A stretch of 64,000 bases of DNA from Desulfosudaceae bacterium. Lineage in GTDB: Bacteria > Desulfobacterota > Desulfobacteria > Desulfobacterales > Desulfosudaceae. The first letter of the stretch is position 1. The number at the start of each line of letters is the position of its first letter. Of this stretch, positions 29,031-38,377 are shown one piece after another. Below the pieces are notes generated by a model. That model did not search any database and had not been told where the DNA came from. It was given only the letters and a program-made list of their open reading frames with translations. The position numbers and the translations under genes were made by a program. The DNA is taken from contig CAXXDV010000003.1 of NCBI GenBank assembly GCA_963674745.2, positions 1,280,001-1,344,000 on the forward strand, given 5' to 3'.

Positions 29031-29137
29031 TAAAAGAAATACCCCAAAACCCAATCTTTAAAGCATAATTGACTCTATCCATGAGCCTTACCGGGCTTAT
29101 CCAGGAGCAGGATGTCAGATAAGTTGAGCCGGCCATC

Positions 29138-32100
29138 ATGTCGATAGAACCGTTAGCATCGCTAATTTCCGGAACTGTTTTTAGTCTTATCTTACTGGGC
29201 CTGGTTGTCATCTTAAGTTTTGTGTCATGGTGGTTTATCCGGACCATGCTGATTGATCAGGTCACCGGCCGTGTTGAACAATACAATGCCGACCTGCATC
29301 AATGGGTGCTGCAAACAGACATCCTGAATTATCTGACGCTGTTTATTCCATTCATTCTCATCCGTATTTTAACGGCATTGTTTTCGATCGGTATGGGCGT
29401 TGTCGGCCCTTTGGTCGCGGCAGCAATGGACCTGCTGATGGTTCTGATTATTTTCACCATCATCTTTTCTCTGAACCGGTTACTGAAGGCACTTGGCATC
29501 AGCCGCCGCATAAAGAGCCAGGAAACACTCAAAGCCATTACCTTTTTCGGGCCCGGATTCGGATTGTTTCTGTCTCTTCTGTTAGGCCTCAAATGTTATT
29601 ACAATCTTTTGATGTTGCTTCCTGAACAATCCCCCGTGCTGAAACTGGTCTCGAGCGTTGCCTGTTGCATGGCTTTTTTGGCGATTATGATCTGGGTGCT
29701 TCGCGCAGAGGCAGCGGATCGGCTTGTTGCTTTCCGCCCGGCGCGACCATCGCGGTCCCCAAAACAGGAAGGCGACAAGCCAAACATCGGGAGCCATCGT
29801 ATCATGGATGCGGTTCTGTCTGAAGATACCGAGCTGCTGGGGCAGCTCTTTCAACAGGGAGCGGACGTTAACGCGATGACAGATAGCGGCAACATACCGC
29901 TGATCGAGGCCGTCAAGCACAATCTGATTGACATGGTTGCCCTGCTGCTGAAAAATGGTAGCCAGACAGAACTCCCGGATAAAGAGGGCTGGACAGCCCT
30001 GACCATGGCGGCCTGTAGCGGTGATATTAACAATGTCCGACAGTTGATTGGCAACGGAGCGGATGTAAACGCCCCGGATGGCCATGGATGGACGCCCTTT
30101 ACATGGGCGCTGCATAGCGGGCACAACGACGTCGAAAAACTGCTGATCGAAAAAGGCGCTCAAACCGACCGGAGTTATAGCTACAAATGGGCCCGGCTTC
30201 CGGACCGGGTAGCGATCCTGAACTTTCTTTTAAATCTTTACAAACTGCAAATCGGCGCCGGTCCGGACAGCGCCATGCGTTTTTTTCCTACAAGCTTTGA
30301 TGCCGATGCGTCGAACAATTCATATCGGCTGGAAATTAATATTGATGCGGATGCCGATCAGTGGTCATCCCGCATCATTTCTCTGAGCATGCTTGGAGAA
30401 GGGAGTGGCAGTAAAAGCCGTTGTTACAAAGTCATCTTTGATACTGCCTGGGTGGTAAAAATTCCGCCAAAGCCCATTACTCAATTTGAGGCATACAGCG
30501 ACGCGGTTAAGGCCGAAAGAATGACACTGGATCAGTTGTCCGATGATTTTATGTGCATTGCCCCCGGCATTGCAGATGTTTTGAAAAAGATCCCCGGGTT
30601 TAACCCGTCACAGGATATGGATTCGGCAGCCGCGGAAAAAATGGCCGTCGCATGGCTTACGGAAAACCCCGACTTTCAGAAATATTTAAAGATCGACAAC
30701 TGCTTTGCCTTTTTCATGGATATTTCCCGATACCTGTTTTTAGATCAATACCTCAAAAAACTCCACGCTCAGAAAATAACGGCTAAAATAAAGGCGGAAA
30801 TGGCCCGACAGCCTGCTCTCATTTCTAACCCCGGCGCCCTTGAAGCGACGTATGGCGAAAAAAACGGAGATATGTGCCATCATTTGCATGATTGCTGCCT
30901 CCAGTTTGAATCAGAAATGAGCCGATTGCTGAAAACGGACGAGACCGCTCCTCAGGTATCACCCCATGAACTGAAAACCTGGTTTGTGGCCCATGTCTTT
31001 AGACATTTATCAGATTTGAAACAGGTACTTTCCCCGGAACTGACAAAAAAAAGAACCGACTTGCTGCAATCATTGTCAAAAGAGTATGGCAACACCATGG
31101 ACATGTACCGAAAAATGGTTCTGAGTAGAATTGCTGCTAAAAACTTCAGGCATAGCGCCTCCCAGATGGCCGAAGTCATCCACGACCTGCTTTCATTGCT
31201 GGTAAAACTCCAGGAGCGGCGTATCAGCATGCGTGACTTAAAACCGGGCAACCTGTTCATTATCGACGAATCACCCGACAAATCATCGAAAACAGCTCTG
31301 GGAATTATCGATTTTGAAACGGCGATCCATCTCAATGATGAAGGCAAGCCCGGCAAGAACCCTTTTCTGGGTGGTACACCGTTTTACGCGACGCCCTCAC
31401 ATTTCTTCGATCATGAGACACTATATGATCTTTTAGGCGAAGTTGCGTCTGTTTATTATTATCAGGATTGGTACGCGGTTGTGGCAATAATTTACGAAAC
31501 TGTAACCGGTAAACTCCTTTTTATAGAAACTTCCCGCACCTTGATTAACGTCTTAAAAACCATTCAACGGAATGGGAAAGATACCGCCATGCGGACGGCG
31601 TACTTCAAATCAGAAAGTTTCAATTTCTGGCAAAGCGTGTGGCGGGAATTTGACGAGAAAACCACTGCCGAGGCTCACCGTTTAAAGAGGGTTATGGTGC
31701 CGCTGCCTGATGAGTTCCGAGAGTTACTTCTGGCCGGTTATCAAAAGCAGGAAAATGTTTGCCGGCAAAGAGTTGCCACCTTTATTTTGTCCGCAACACC
31801 CTTTAAAGATCAGCAGACCAATCAGAAATTGCTGGTATCACCGGCTAAGGCGATAAGAAAACGACTCGAAAACTGGAAAACCAACACCTGCGTTCCCCAG
31901 GTTAAGCCGGCCATGCGCAAAAAGATAATCGCCTTTTTTGACCGCCTGTCAATGTTGCAGCAACAGGCTGAAAAACTGGTCAAGCAATTTCAGCGCCTTG
32001 AGGAATGTGAGGTAACAATTGACGCCGGGACATTAATGAAAATGATGCTGGTTTGTACCTACGGCAATATGTACCGAAATCAATGGCCATTACCGACAAA

Positions 32101-32245
32101 ACCTGATGCGAAGGTTGCAAGTGACACAGTACCCGCACCGTTAGAAACAGGCACCCCAAAGGCCCCTGAAAAGACAAGCGCAAGCCCATTGCAGCAAGAG
32201 GACGATAAGATGAATATCACCATCTCAACCGACATGCTCCCCTGA
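29138..32245 (+). CDS. Multi-TM, ankyrin-repeat, atypical Ser/Thr protein kinase fusion
   Basis: About 5 N-terminal TM helices; ankyrin repeats (GADVNA..GNIPLIEA; GWTALTMA; GWTPFTWA); kinase motifs LGEGSGS, VVKIP, RDLKPGN, IIDFE, GGTPFY, QDWYA. Confidence 0.8.
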   Translation: MSIEPLASLISGTVFSLILLGLVVILSFVSWWFIRTMLIDQVTGRVEQYNADLHQWVLQTDILNYLTLFIPFILIRILTALFSIGMGVVGPLVAAAMDLLMVLIIFTIIFSLNRLLKALGISRRIKSQETLKAITFFGPGFGLFLSLLLGLKCYYNLLMLLPEQSPVLKLVSSVACCMAFLAIMIWVLRAEAADRLVAFRPARPSRSPKQEGDKPNIGSHRIMDAVLSEDTELLGQLFQQGADVNAMTDSGNIPLIEAVKHNLIDMVALLLKNGSQTELPDKEGWTALTMAACSGDINNVRQLIGNGADVNAPDGHGWTPFTWALHSGHNDVEKLLIEKGAQTDRSYSYKWARLPDRVAILNFLLNLYKLQIGAGPDSAMRFFPTSFDADASNNSYRLEINIDADADQWSSRIISLSMLGEGSGSKSRCYKVIFDTAWVVKIPPKPITQFEAYSDAVKAERMTLDQLSDDFMCIAPGIADVLKKIPGFNPSQDMDSAAAEKMAVAWLTENPDFQKYLKIDNCFAFFMDISRYLFLDQYLKKLHAQKITAKIKAEMARQPALISNPGALEATYGEKNGDMCHHLHDCCLQFESEMSRLLKTDETAPQVSPHELKTWFVAHVFRHLSDLKQVLSPELTKKRTDLLQSLSKEYGNTMDMYRKMVLSRIAAKNFRHSASQMAEVIHDLLSLLVKLQERRISMRDLKPGNLFIIDESPDKSSKTALGIIDFETAIHLNDEGKPGKNPFLGGTPFYATPSHFFDHETLYDLLGEVASVYYYQDWYAVVAIIYETVTGKLLFIETSRTLINVLKTIQRNGKDTAMRTAYFKSESFNFWQSVWREFDEKTTAEAHRLKRVMVPLPDEFRELLLAGYQKQENVCRQRVATFILSATPFKDQQTNQKLLVSPAKAIRKRLENWKTNTCVPQVKPAMRKKIIAFFDRLSMLQQQAEKLVKQFQRLEECEVTIDAGTLMKMMLVCTYGNMYRNQWPLPTKPDAKVASDTVPAPLETGTPKAPEKTSASPLQQEDDKMNITISTDMLP

Positions 32246-32509
32246 AAGCCATCTGATATTTCATGACTTGGTAAATGAAAAAATACAGAAGGGCCGTTAC
32301 AAAATTCGGTATGAATCAATATCGGTAGCCCTGGAAGACAATAAGTCAAGCAAGGGTTTGGCTTCAAAGCAGAAGGGGGTATATCTTTTAAGTTCTTTAT
32401 ACATCTAAACATTTGAATTTTTGTGGTTTTAATGCTTATTGGTTTAGTTGTGGAAATTGGATGTCAATGCCGTCAAATTTCTGTATGGGTTGGTAATAAT
32501 AGCTTTAAT

Positions 32510-32529
32510 TGTCTCATATATATGAGACA
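32510..32529. promoter_or_regulatory. Perfect 20-bp palindrome, candidate enhancer site for a sigma54 activator
   Basis: TGTCTCATATATATGAGACA, about 130 bp upstream of a -24/-12 motif. Confidence 0.65.
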
Positions 32530-32658
32530 CATGTGAATAAATTATCTGATTTGTCTTTAAAAATTCGTTTTTATCGGGGTCGCATATAAAATAAAATTTC
32601 TTATTAATTCAATGTTTTAAACTGACAACAAGACGCCTGTGGGGTTCACCTCCAGCAG

Positions 32659-32674
32659 CGGCATGACCTTTGCT
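32659..32674 (+). promoter_or_regulatory. Sigma54 -24/-12 promoter
   Basis: CGGCATGACCTTTGCT gives GG-N10-GC, close to YGGCAC-N5-TTGCW. Confidence 0.7.
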
Positions 32675-32767
32675 GTATATCCTGTAAATAGATATACAAA
32701 CGAAACACATTGAAAATCATGTGTTGTTTCGGATTGATAAAACCCTTTTTTGAGCAGGAGGACGGTT

Positions 32768-33127
32768 ATGCTTAAACTGGAACAACTAAAACAAAATAGA
32801 CGGCTGGTAAATGAAATCGACTGGAAAATGACCCCGGAAGAAGCGGTCCGGTTGTATCTTGAATGGGGAAACAACTGGGCCGGCGGTAATTACGTCATCC
32901 GATCCAAAAACGATGTGACTCACTATTTTGTGGTGAATACATGGAAGGACAAGCCCCGTGTTTTTCTGGTAAAAAGAAACTCCGAAATCGCCGAAGAACT
33001 GGCTGAATTTTATCTGCCGCCGGAGATTCAGGATCAGTTCTTGAAATCGGTAGGCTACCAGAAAGGCGTATTTTCAATCAAAGGGACGGTTGAAAAGTGG
33101 CTGAAACTGGAGCTGGATTACGCCTGA
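32768..33127 (+). CDS. DVU0772-family protein
   Basis: IDWKMTPEEAVRLYLEWGNNW, RSKNDVTHYFVVNTW; AGGAGG RBS before ATG 32768. Confidence 0.8.
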   Translation: MLKLEQLKQNRRLVNEIDWKMTPEEAVRLYLEWGNNWAGGNYVIRSKNDVTHYFVVNTWKDKPRVFLVKRNSEIAEELAEFYLPPEIQDQFLKSVGYQKGVFSIKGTVEKWLKLELDYA

Positions 33128-33330
33128 CCGCATATTCATAAAAGCGGTTTCGGGCAGTCAGGTTCTCATGGCTTGCTTTGAGCTACTCTGATCAAAACAC
33201 CCGATTGAACGCAACTGCCGGTCGAATTGATTACAATATACAACAGATGCATGATATCCAGCATGAAAGATATCAGAAATAATAAGATTCGATAAAGGGA
33301 ATGATTCTTAATACGGGGGGCGTGACGCTG

Positions 33331-33645
33331 TTACTCAGCACCTTCGACAGAAAAATGTCGATCAAGTCTCATTGTGCTGAAAAGGTTTCGAATATTCTTA
33401 TCGGCATTTTCTATCTTAAGCTTGCCGCCGTTTTTCGATAACGAATTGTGCACGGCAATCATGACACCGATGCCGACTGAATCAACCATTTCTACGCCGG
33501 TCATGTCAATAATAATCTGATCCGGTTTTTCCTGAACCAGTGCATGCAGTTCGGCTCTGAATTCATCCGCCAGAGAAGCAATTATGTTTCTTCCGGGCTT
33601 TACGGTAATTTCAGTTCCCGTTTTTGTGATTTCACTGCCACTCAT
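33331..33645 (-). CDS. STAS-domain anti-sigma factor antagonist
   Basis: IIIDMTGVEMVDSVGIG with the phosphorylatable Ser; LFSTMRLD. Confidence 0.88.
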   Translation of the reverse strand: MSGSEITKTGTEITVKPGRNIIASLADEFRAELHALVQEKPDQIIIDMTGVEMVDSVGIGVMIAVHNSLSKNGGKLKIENADKNIRNLFSTMRLDRHFSVEGAE

Positions 33646-33739
33646 CAAGTTATTACTCCATATTGTTTATTCTGTGACTTAAAACGGTTTGTATCCTATC
33701 ATGTTTTTCATGGATAGCAACAAAAAAAAGCACTAAAAA

Positions 33740-35908
33740 TCAGGCCGTAACAATGGGGGTGGTTTCCTGTTCGTCCATCAACCGCTTGACCTGGTGGAAA
33801 AACTGATCGGTATGCTGGGTGTTCAAGGCCCAGAAGTTATAAGTTTTATCGTACGACAGGCCCAACTGGCTGAAAAAATTAGAAGGATAGATAAAAACCG
33901 GCATAATTGATTTCCTAAGGTTGCGGCAGATACGGCAAAGTGAGGCAAGCAGGGCCTCGGCGGGCAACTCCTTGCGGTCTACAATAAATATTTTAATACA
34001 ACTGGTAAATTCCGACATGTTCAGGCCGATATCCGAGGTGTTTACCATCAGAACGGCTTTAAGCCATCTCTCATGCTTGAGGGAGAGCAGATAGCGTTTT
34101 CGCTTAAACCCGAGATGGAGATACTCGTTGGAAAGGTTATTAATGCTGCCGTAAGATTGGGGGGACAAATCCAAAGATTGCAACATTAATCCGCCGGACT
34201 TACTTTCATAAAAGCTTTCCAGGATCGCCAGGTCTTCCTGAACGGCATTGTTCAGGTTATAACCGGGAGGCAGTTCATCGCTTCCCTTTCCGGTTTCTTT
34301 ATAACGCAGGTAGGCCAGCATGTCCATGGAACACCCTTTCTGGCTTCTGGTGTTTTGCGTTATACTGCTGAAAACGGATTTTGAAAATTTATCATTGGTG
34401 TCAAAATAACTGATTAAATAATCCAGGTTGGCGGATGCAAAAGTGTATGAGTCATACACATAACGGGAGGCCTGTTTGAGTAATGACAGCCGCTGGTTCA
34501 GCTGGGGAATGGAATTGGGTGAAGTGTGCAGGCACAGCAGCCAGGATTTTTCATAAAACCGGAGCATGGCCATATGACCTAATATGGCCCCTTTATCCTG
34601 ATAAATGAAATGCCGGGCGATATGAGGGTTTCTAGTATAGAGGTTGTCATATGTTTTTTTGATCTGCTCCTTTTTTTTGTGAAACGATTCATAGTTGTCG
34701 GAATAAATAATACCGTTACGGAAAAAGAAGTCCCAGAGCAGATCCATATCGACTTTGTCGCAAAGATAAGAGTTCTTATCTTCCGCCTGGCCCAGCATGG
34801 CCAGAAAATCCATATGGTCATTAAGCGCCATGTCTAAAATAGATATGCCGCATTTAACTGTGTTCTCCACCTGTTTATCGGCCTGGCTGTAGATGACCTG
34901 TCCACGGCACCTTAAAAGAAACTGGTTGCCGAACTTGATTGTTGTTTCCGGCGTTATCAGACCGGGAAGCAGTTGCGCGTCTTCTTTACCTTCTTCGACG
35001 GCAAAACCGGACCCTGACATATCCAGAATTTTAAGCTGAATGTTTTTCTGTGTCAGGGGATGCCGGATAATGACATCGGGTGAGGGGACGAGTTCCTGCC
35101 GGGTACTTCGGAACTCCTTGGGTTTAAAGCGCTGGATTTGAAAATTTAACGGTTCCAGCACAATATCGCGATGATGTTTGTCACCGGTCTGCTTGAAGAT
35201 CAGCGCCTCTCCTGAATAGACCGTATCCTTGTTGCACCTGAACACCAGGTTGACTTTACCGTTGGAGTTGATCCATTTAAAAGTCGGTGAAATTTCCCTG
35301 CTCAGCCGGACATGAAACGCCATTGTACTGAAATCCAAAAGTGTTCCGCGGTATATATTACTGTTCTGGATCATCTGCACCTGGATGCCCGTGCTGTCAT
35401 AACGCTTAACCCGTCTTTTATTAACTTCTTCATACATGCTGGGAAGCTTGAGAACGATTTTTTTTCTGGTGACGCTGATAATCCCCGGGGTTACCTGAAG
35501 GACCCGGTTGTTATCCGGTATCAACAGGTTGAGAAGGCGATAGTTTTTGATGACCGGAATCAGGTCGGAAATGTCCGTCCACAGACATTCCAGGGTCTGC
35601 CCATGACAGGGTTGAGGGATAACATGCTTGGTGATTTTATAATCATGCTGTTTATGCTGAAAGTTAATGAGGATGGTATCATCCTGGAAGTTAAGATAGT
35701 TGATGCGGTCAATCAGGTATTTAATCTTACCGCTTTTTTTGCCTCTCAATCCGGCTGTTTTTTCATTCAGGTTGATCAGCTGGGAAGGTTCATCAACCTT
35801 TAACTTGCTGCTGGTCGACGGGTCGGGGAAAATTTTGACGGTCTTGGCATCGTCGCTGGCCATCGGTTTATAAATAACATGTGTTTTCCCGGCTGGTTCC
35901 ATAATCAT
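33740..35908 (-). CDS. Large PilZ-domain-containing protein
   Basis: RRVKR...DFS and FRSTR...DMSGSG resemble the PilZ RxxxR and DxSxxG motifs. The C-terminal ~330 aa is unassigned. Confidence 0.65.
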   Translation of the reverse strand: MIMEPAGKTHVIYKPMASDDAKTVKIFPDPSTSSKLKVDEPSQLINLNEKTAGLRGKKSGKIKYLIDRINYLNFQDDTILINFQHKQHDYKITKHVIPQPCHGQTLECLWTDISDLIPVIKNYRLLNLLIPDNNRVLQVTPGIISVTRKKIVLKLPSMYEEVNKRRVKRYDSTGIQVQMIQNSNIYRGTLLDFSTMAFHVRLSREISPTFKWINSNGKVNLVFRCNKDTVYSGEALIFKQTGDKHHRDIVLEPLNFQIQRFKPKEFRSTRQELVPSPDVIIRHPLTQKNIQLKILDMSGSGFAVEEGKEDAQLLPGLITPETTIKFGNQFLLRCRGQVIYSQADKQVENTVKCGISILDMALNDHMDFLAMLGQAEDKNSYLCDKVDMDLLWDFFFRNGIIYSDNYESFHKKKEQIKKTYDNLYTRNPHIARHFIYQDKGAILGHMAMLRFYEKSWLLCLHTSPNSIPQLNQRLSLLKQASRYVYDSYTFASANLDYLISYFDTNDKFSKSVFSSITQNTRSQKGCSMDMLAYLRYKETGKGSDELPPGYNLNNAVQEDLAILESFYESKSGGLMLQSLDLSPQSYGSINNLSNEYLHLGFKRKRYLLSLKHERWLKAVLMVNTSDIGLNMSEFTSCIKIFIVDRKELPAEALLASLCRICRNLRKSIMPVFIYPSNFFSQLGLSYDKTYNFWALNTQHTDQFFHQVKRLMDEQETTPIVTA

Positions 35909-36212
35909 TTCCCCATGTGCGATCGATAAGTCTAAGTATATAAATGCAGTTTATATAACTTTATATTTATAACACATTTTAACAATAATATCGAGTGAAA
36001 AAATGATAGGGCTGAAGAGGCCCGGCATCCAATATAACTAACTGAAAATAATGATTTATTTTTGTTGTCATGTCACGGTTTGATTCGAATCCCGACCTGA
36101 GGGCCCATTTGCTGTGTTTCAGGCCGCTTGCAAATGTTGTCGGGGGTGCCCCTTCAGTTTCGCGTTCTGCGTCTTGTATAAACGCTCAAATCGATTCATG
36201 AAAAGATATCGG

Positions 36213-37394
36213 CTAGGAGCCGAAAGCACGGACGATCAGGGGGATGGCGGCAAAAGTACCGATGGCGCTGCCCAGGTTGACCAGTGCCACCACCAGAAGG
36301 ATACGCGTGGCCCTGTTTTTCCAGAAGCCCTTCAAGCTTGTAATATCACTGGAGAGGTCTTCCAGGTCGCCTACGGTGGGTTTTCTTAGCAGCGCTTCGG
36401 AAAGACCGGCCAGCCAGCCGGCACCGATAACCGGGCTTACGGAAGTCAGTGGCGCTGATGCCGCCGACACCAGGATGGTGAGCGGATGGGCCAGGGCAAT
36501 AATCGCTCCCAGGGCAGCCATGACACTGTTGACAACAACCCAGGCGCCCACCATTTGCAAGCCGGCATCTTTTCCGCTGAACAGAAAACCGGTCATGAAA
36601 ACCGCCATAACAGCCAGGGGGATGCTCCATTTAATGATATCCCTGCTTATCCCCGGCGGAGGAATGGTGTCGAGTTCAACCAGATCGATATCGGTCTCCC
36701 AGTATTTTTTGATACCGGTCACATGCCCGGCACCGACAACGGCTACTATGTTTTTTCCCGGTGCGCTCTTGATTTTTTGCGCCAGGTAACGGTCTCGTTC
36801 GTCAACGAGTGTTTCCCGCAGTGCCGGATAAGAGGCCGCCAGTTCCGAGAGCAGGACCTGAAGCGCGTCTTCCTGTTTTAACCGTTCAATATCTTCTTCG
36901 GTGATTTCGTCCGCGCCACTGATCGAAAACAGCAGCTGGATGAGCAGCTTAATTTTGCTGAAAAATCCGATGGATTTCCAGACCCGTGCCAGTGTAATAC
37001 GGATTTCCCGGTCAACCAGATGAACAACGGCCTGGGCTTTTTCGGCCGCGGCAATGGCACTGATCATATCCTCGCCGGGTTTTATATCAAACTGATCGGC
37101 AATTTTTTTCTGAAACGAGGCCAGCAGGAGGTTGGCCAGCAGGAGAAAGGCCTTTTTTTCCTTGACCACTTTAAAGATATCCATTTCCCGCCACTTGTTC
37201 TTGTTCTGAATGGATTCAAAACGCGGCTGGCACAGCTCAACACACACAGTGTCGGGCTTCATTTCGTCTATGAGTTCCGAGACGAATTCGGCACTTTTTC
37301 TTGAAACATGGGCAGTGCCCACCAGGGTGACGGTTTTATCGCCTCTTGTCAGGGTATCAACGTTTTGATTGCTGTTGCCTATCATTTTTGTCAT
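36213..37394 (-). CDS. TraB/PrgY/GumN family protein
   Basis: LVGTAHVS, PDTVCVELC, LVDREI, LVDERD, AVVGAGH and C-terminal TM helices. Confidence 0.9.
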   Translation of the reverse strand: MTKMIGNSNQNVDTLTRGDKTVTLVGTAHVSRKSAEFVSELIDEMKPDTVCVELCQPRFESIQNKNKWREMDIFKVVKEKKAFLLLANLLLASFQKKIADQFDIKPGEDMISAIAAAEKAQAVVHLVDREIRITLARVWKSIGFFSKIKLLIQLLFSISGADEITEEDIERLKQEDALQVLLSELAASYPALRETLVDERDRYLAQKIKSAPGKNIVAVVGAGHVTGIKKYWETDIDLVELDTIPPPGISRDIIKWSIPLAVMAVFMTGFLFSGKDAGLQMVGAWVVVNSVMAALGAIIALAHPLTILVSAASAPLTSVSPVIGAGWLAGLSEALLRKPTVGDLEDLSSDITSLKGFWKNRATRILLVVALVNLGSAIGTFAAIPLIVRAFGS

Positions 37395-37534
37395 GTGTAT
37401 TATGTCGTTATTCAGTACCCGCGCATTGGCATACGTTCACAGCGGCTGTTGCCGGAAAATGTTATCTGGCATATAGTCATGATTTAGCGCAAGTGTCAAG
37501 CAGGATAGTAATACACTTAACGAAGAGGCTGATT

Positions 37535-38353
37535 GTGAAGAAATCGAAAACCGGCATCGGTCCGGAAAATTTTATGATAACAGACGCCCCTTTTTATCTC
37601 GCCACCAGTAATGAAATCGGTTTTTTTGAGGCCGCTTATGCCGATCGGCTGCCGATGATGTTAAAAGGCCCCACCGGATGCGGAAAGACCCGGTTTGTGG
37701 AGTATATGGCCCATCGTATGAATCTACCCCTGGTGACGATCGCCTGCCATGAAGATCTGTTTGTGTCCGACCTGGTGGGCAGGTATATGTTAAAAAATGA
37801 CGAAACCGTGTGGGTTGATGGTCCGCTGACGGCTGCGGTCCGGATGGGGGCGATATGCTATTGTGATGAAATTGTCGAAGCCAGAAAAGATACCACCGTT
37901 GTAATTCACCCCTTAACCGATGATCGCCGGACACTTTATATCGACAAGAAAGGTGAGGTGGTCAGAGCACACCCCGATTTTGTGCTGGTGATTTCATATA
38001 ATCCCGGTTATCAGTCCGTTTTAAAAGATCTCAAGCAAAGTACCCGCCAGCGGTTCGTTTCCATGGCGTTTGATTACCCGGAATTTGACAATGAAGTCAT
38101 CATCCTGCGCAAGGAATCCGGAACGGACGAAGAAACCGCCGTCAAGCTGGTAGCACTGGGACAGAAGATACGAAATATCAGAGAACACGGATTAACCGAG
38201 GGCGCCAGTACCCGGCTGCTGGTTTATGCCGCCAGGCTTATCGCCGGTGGTTTCCCCCCGGTCGAGGCCTGCCGTTCAGCCGTTTGCCTGCCGTTGACCG
38301 ATGACGCCGGCCTGCAGGAAACCATGGAAGACCTGGTGCGGGATATTTTTTAA
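37535..38353 (+). CDS. CbbQ/NirQ/NorQ-family MoxR AAA+ ATPase
   Basis: [50 protein letters not shown]. Start is GTG 37535 (GAGG upstream) or ATG 37574. Confidence 0.92.
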   Translation: MKKSKTGIGPENFMITDAPFYLATSNEIGFFEAAYADRLPMMLKGPTGCGKTRFVEYMAHRMNLPLVTIACHEDLFVSDLVGRYMLKNDETVWVDGPLTAAVRMGAICYCDEIVEARKDTTVVIHPLTDDRRTLYIDKKGEVVRAHPDFVLVISYNPGYQSVLKDLKQSTRQRFVSMAFDYPEFDNEVIILRKESGTDEETAVKLVALGQKIRNIREHGLTEGASTRLLVYAARLIAGGFPPVEACRSAVCLPLTDDAGLQETMEDLVRDIF

Positions 38354-38377
38354 CAAACCCGGTGCTAAATCCGGGCC

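Noticed and set aside
36070..36110. TTCGAATCCC T-loop-like sequence as a tRNA fragment or attR
   Set aside because: There is no T-stem or acceptor pairing, and it does not match the tRNA-Pro 3' end.
36213..37394. TraB as evidence of a conjugative element
   Set aside because: It is the TraB/PrgY/GumN family, commonly chromosomal, and no relaxase or T4SS genes are present.
37346..37534. N-terminal extension of the NorQ-like ORF
   Set aside because: It overlaps the divergent TraB start, is not family-like, and a better start with an RBS exists at 37535.
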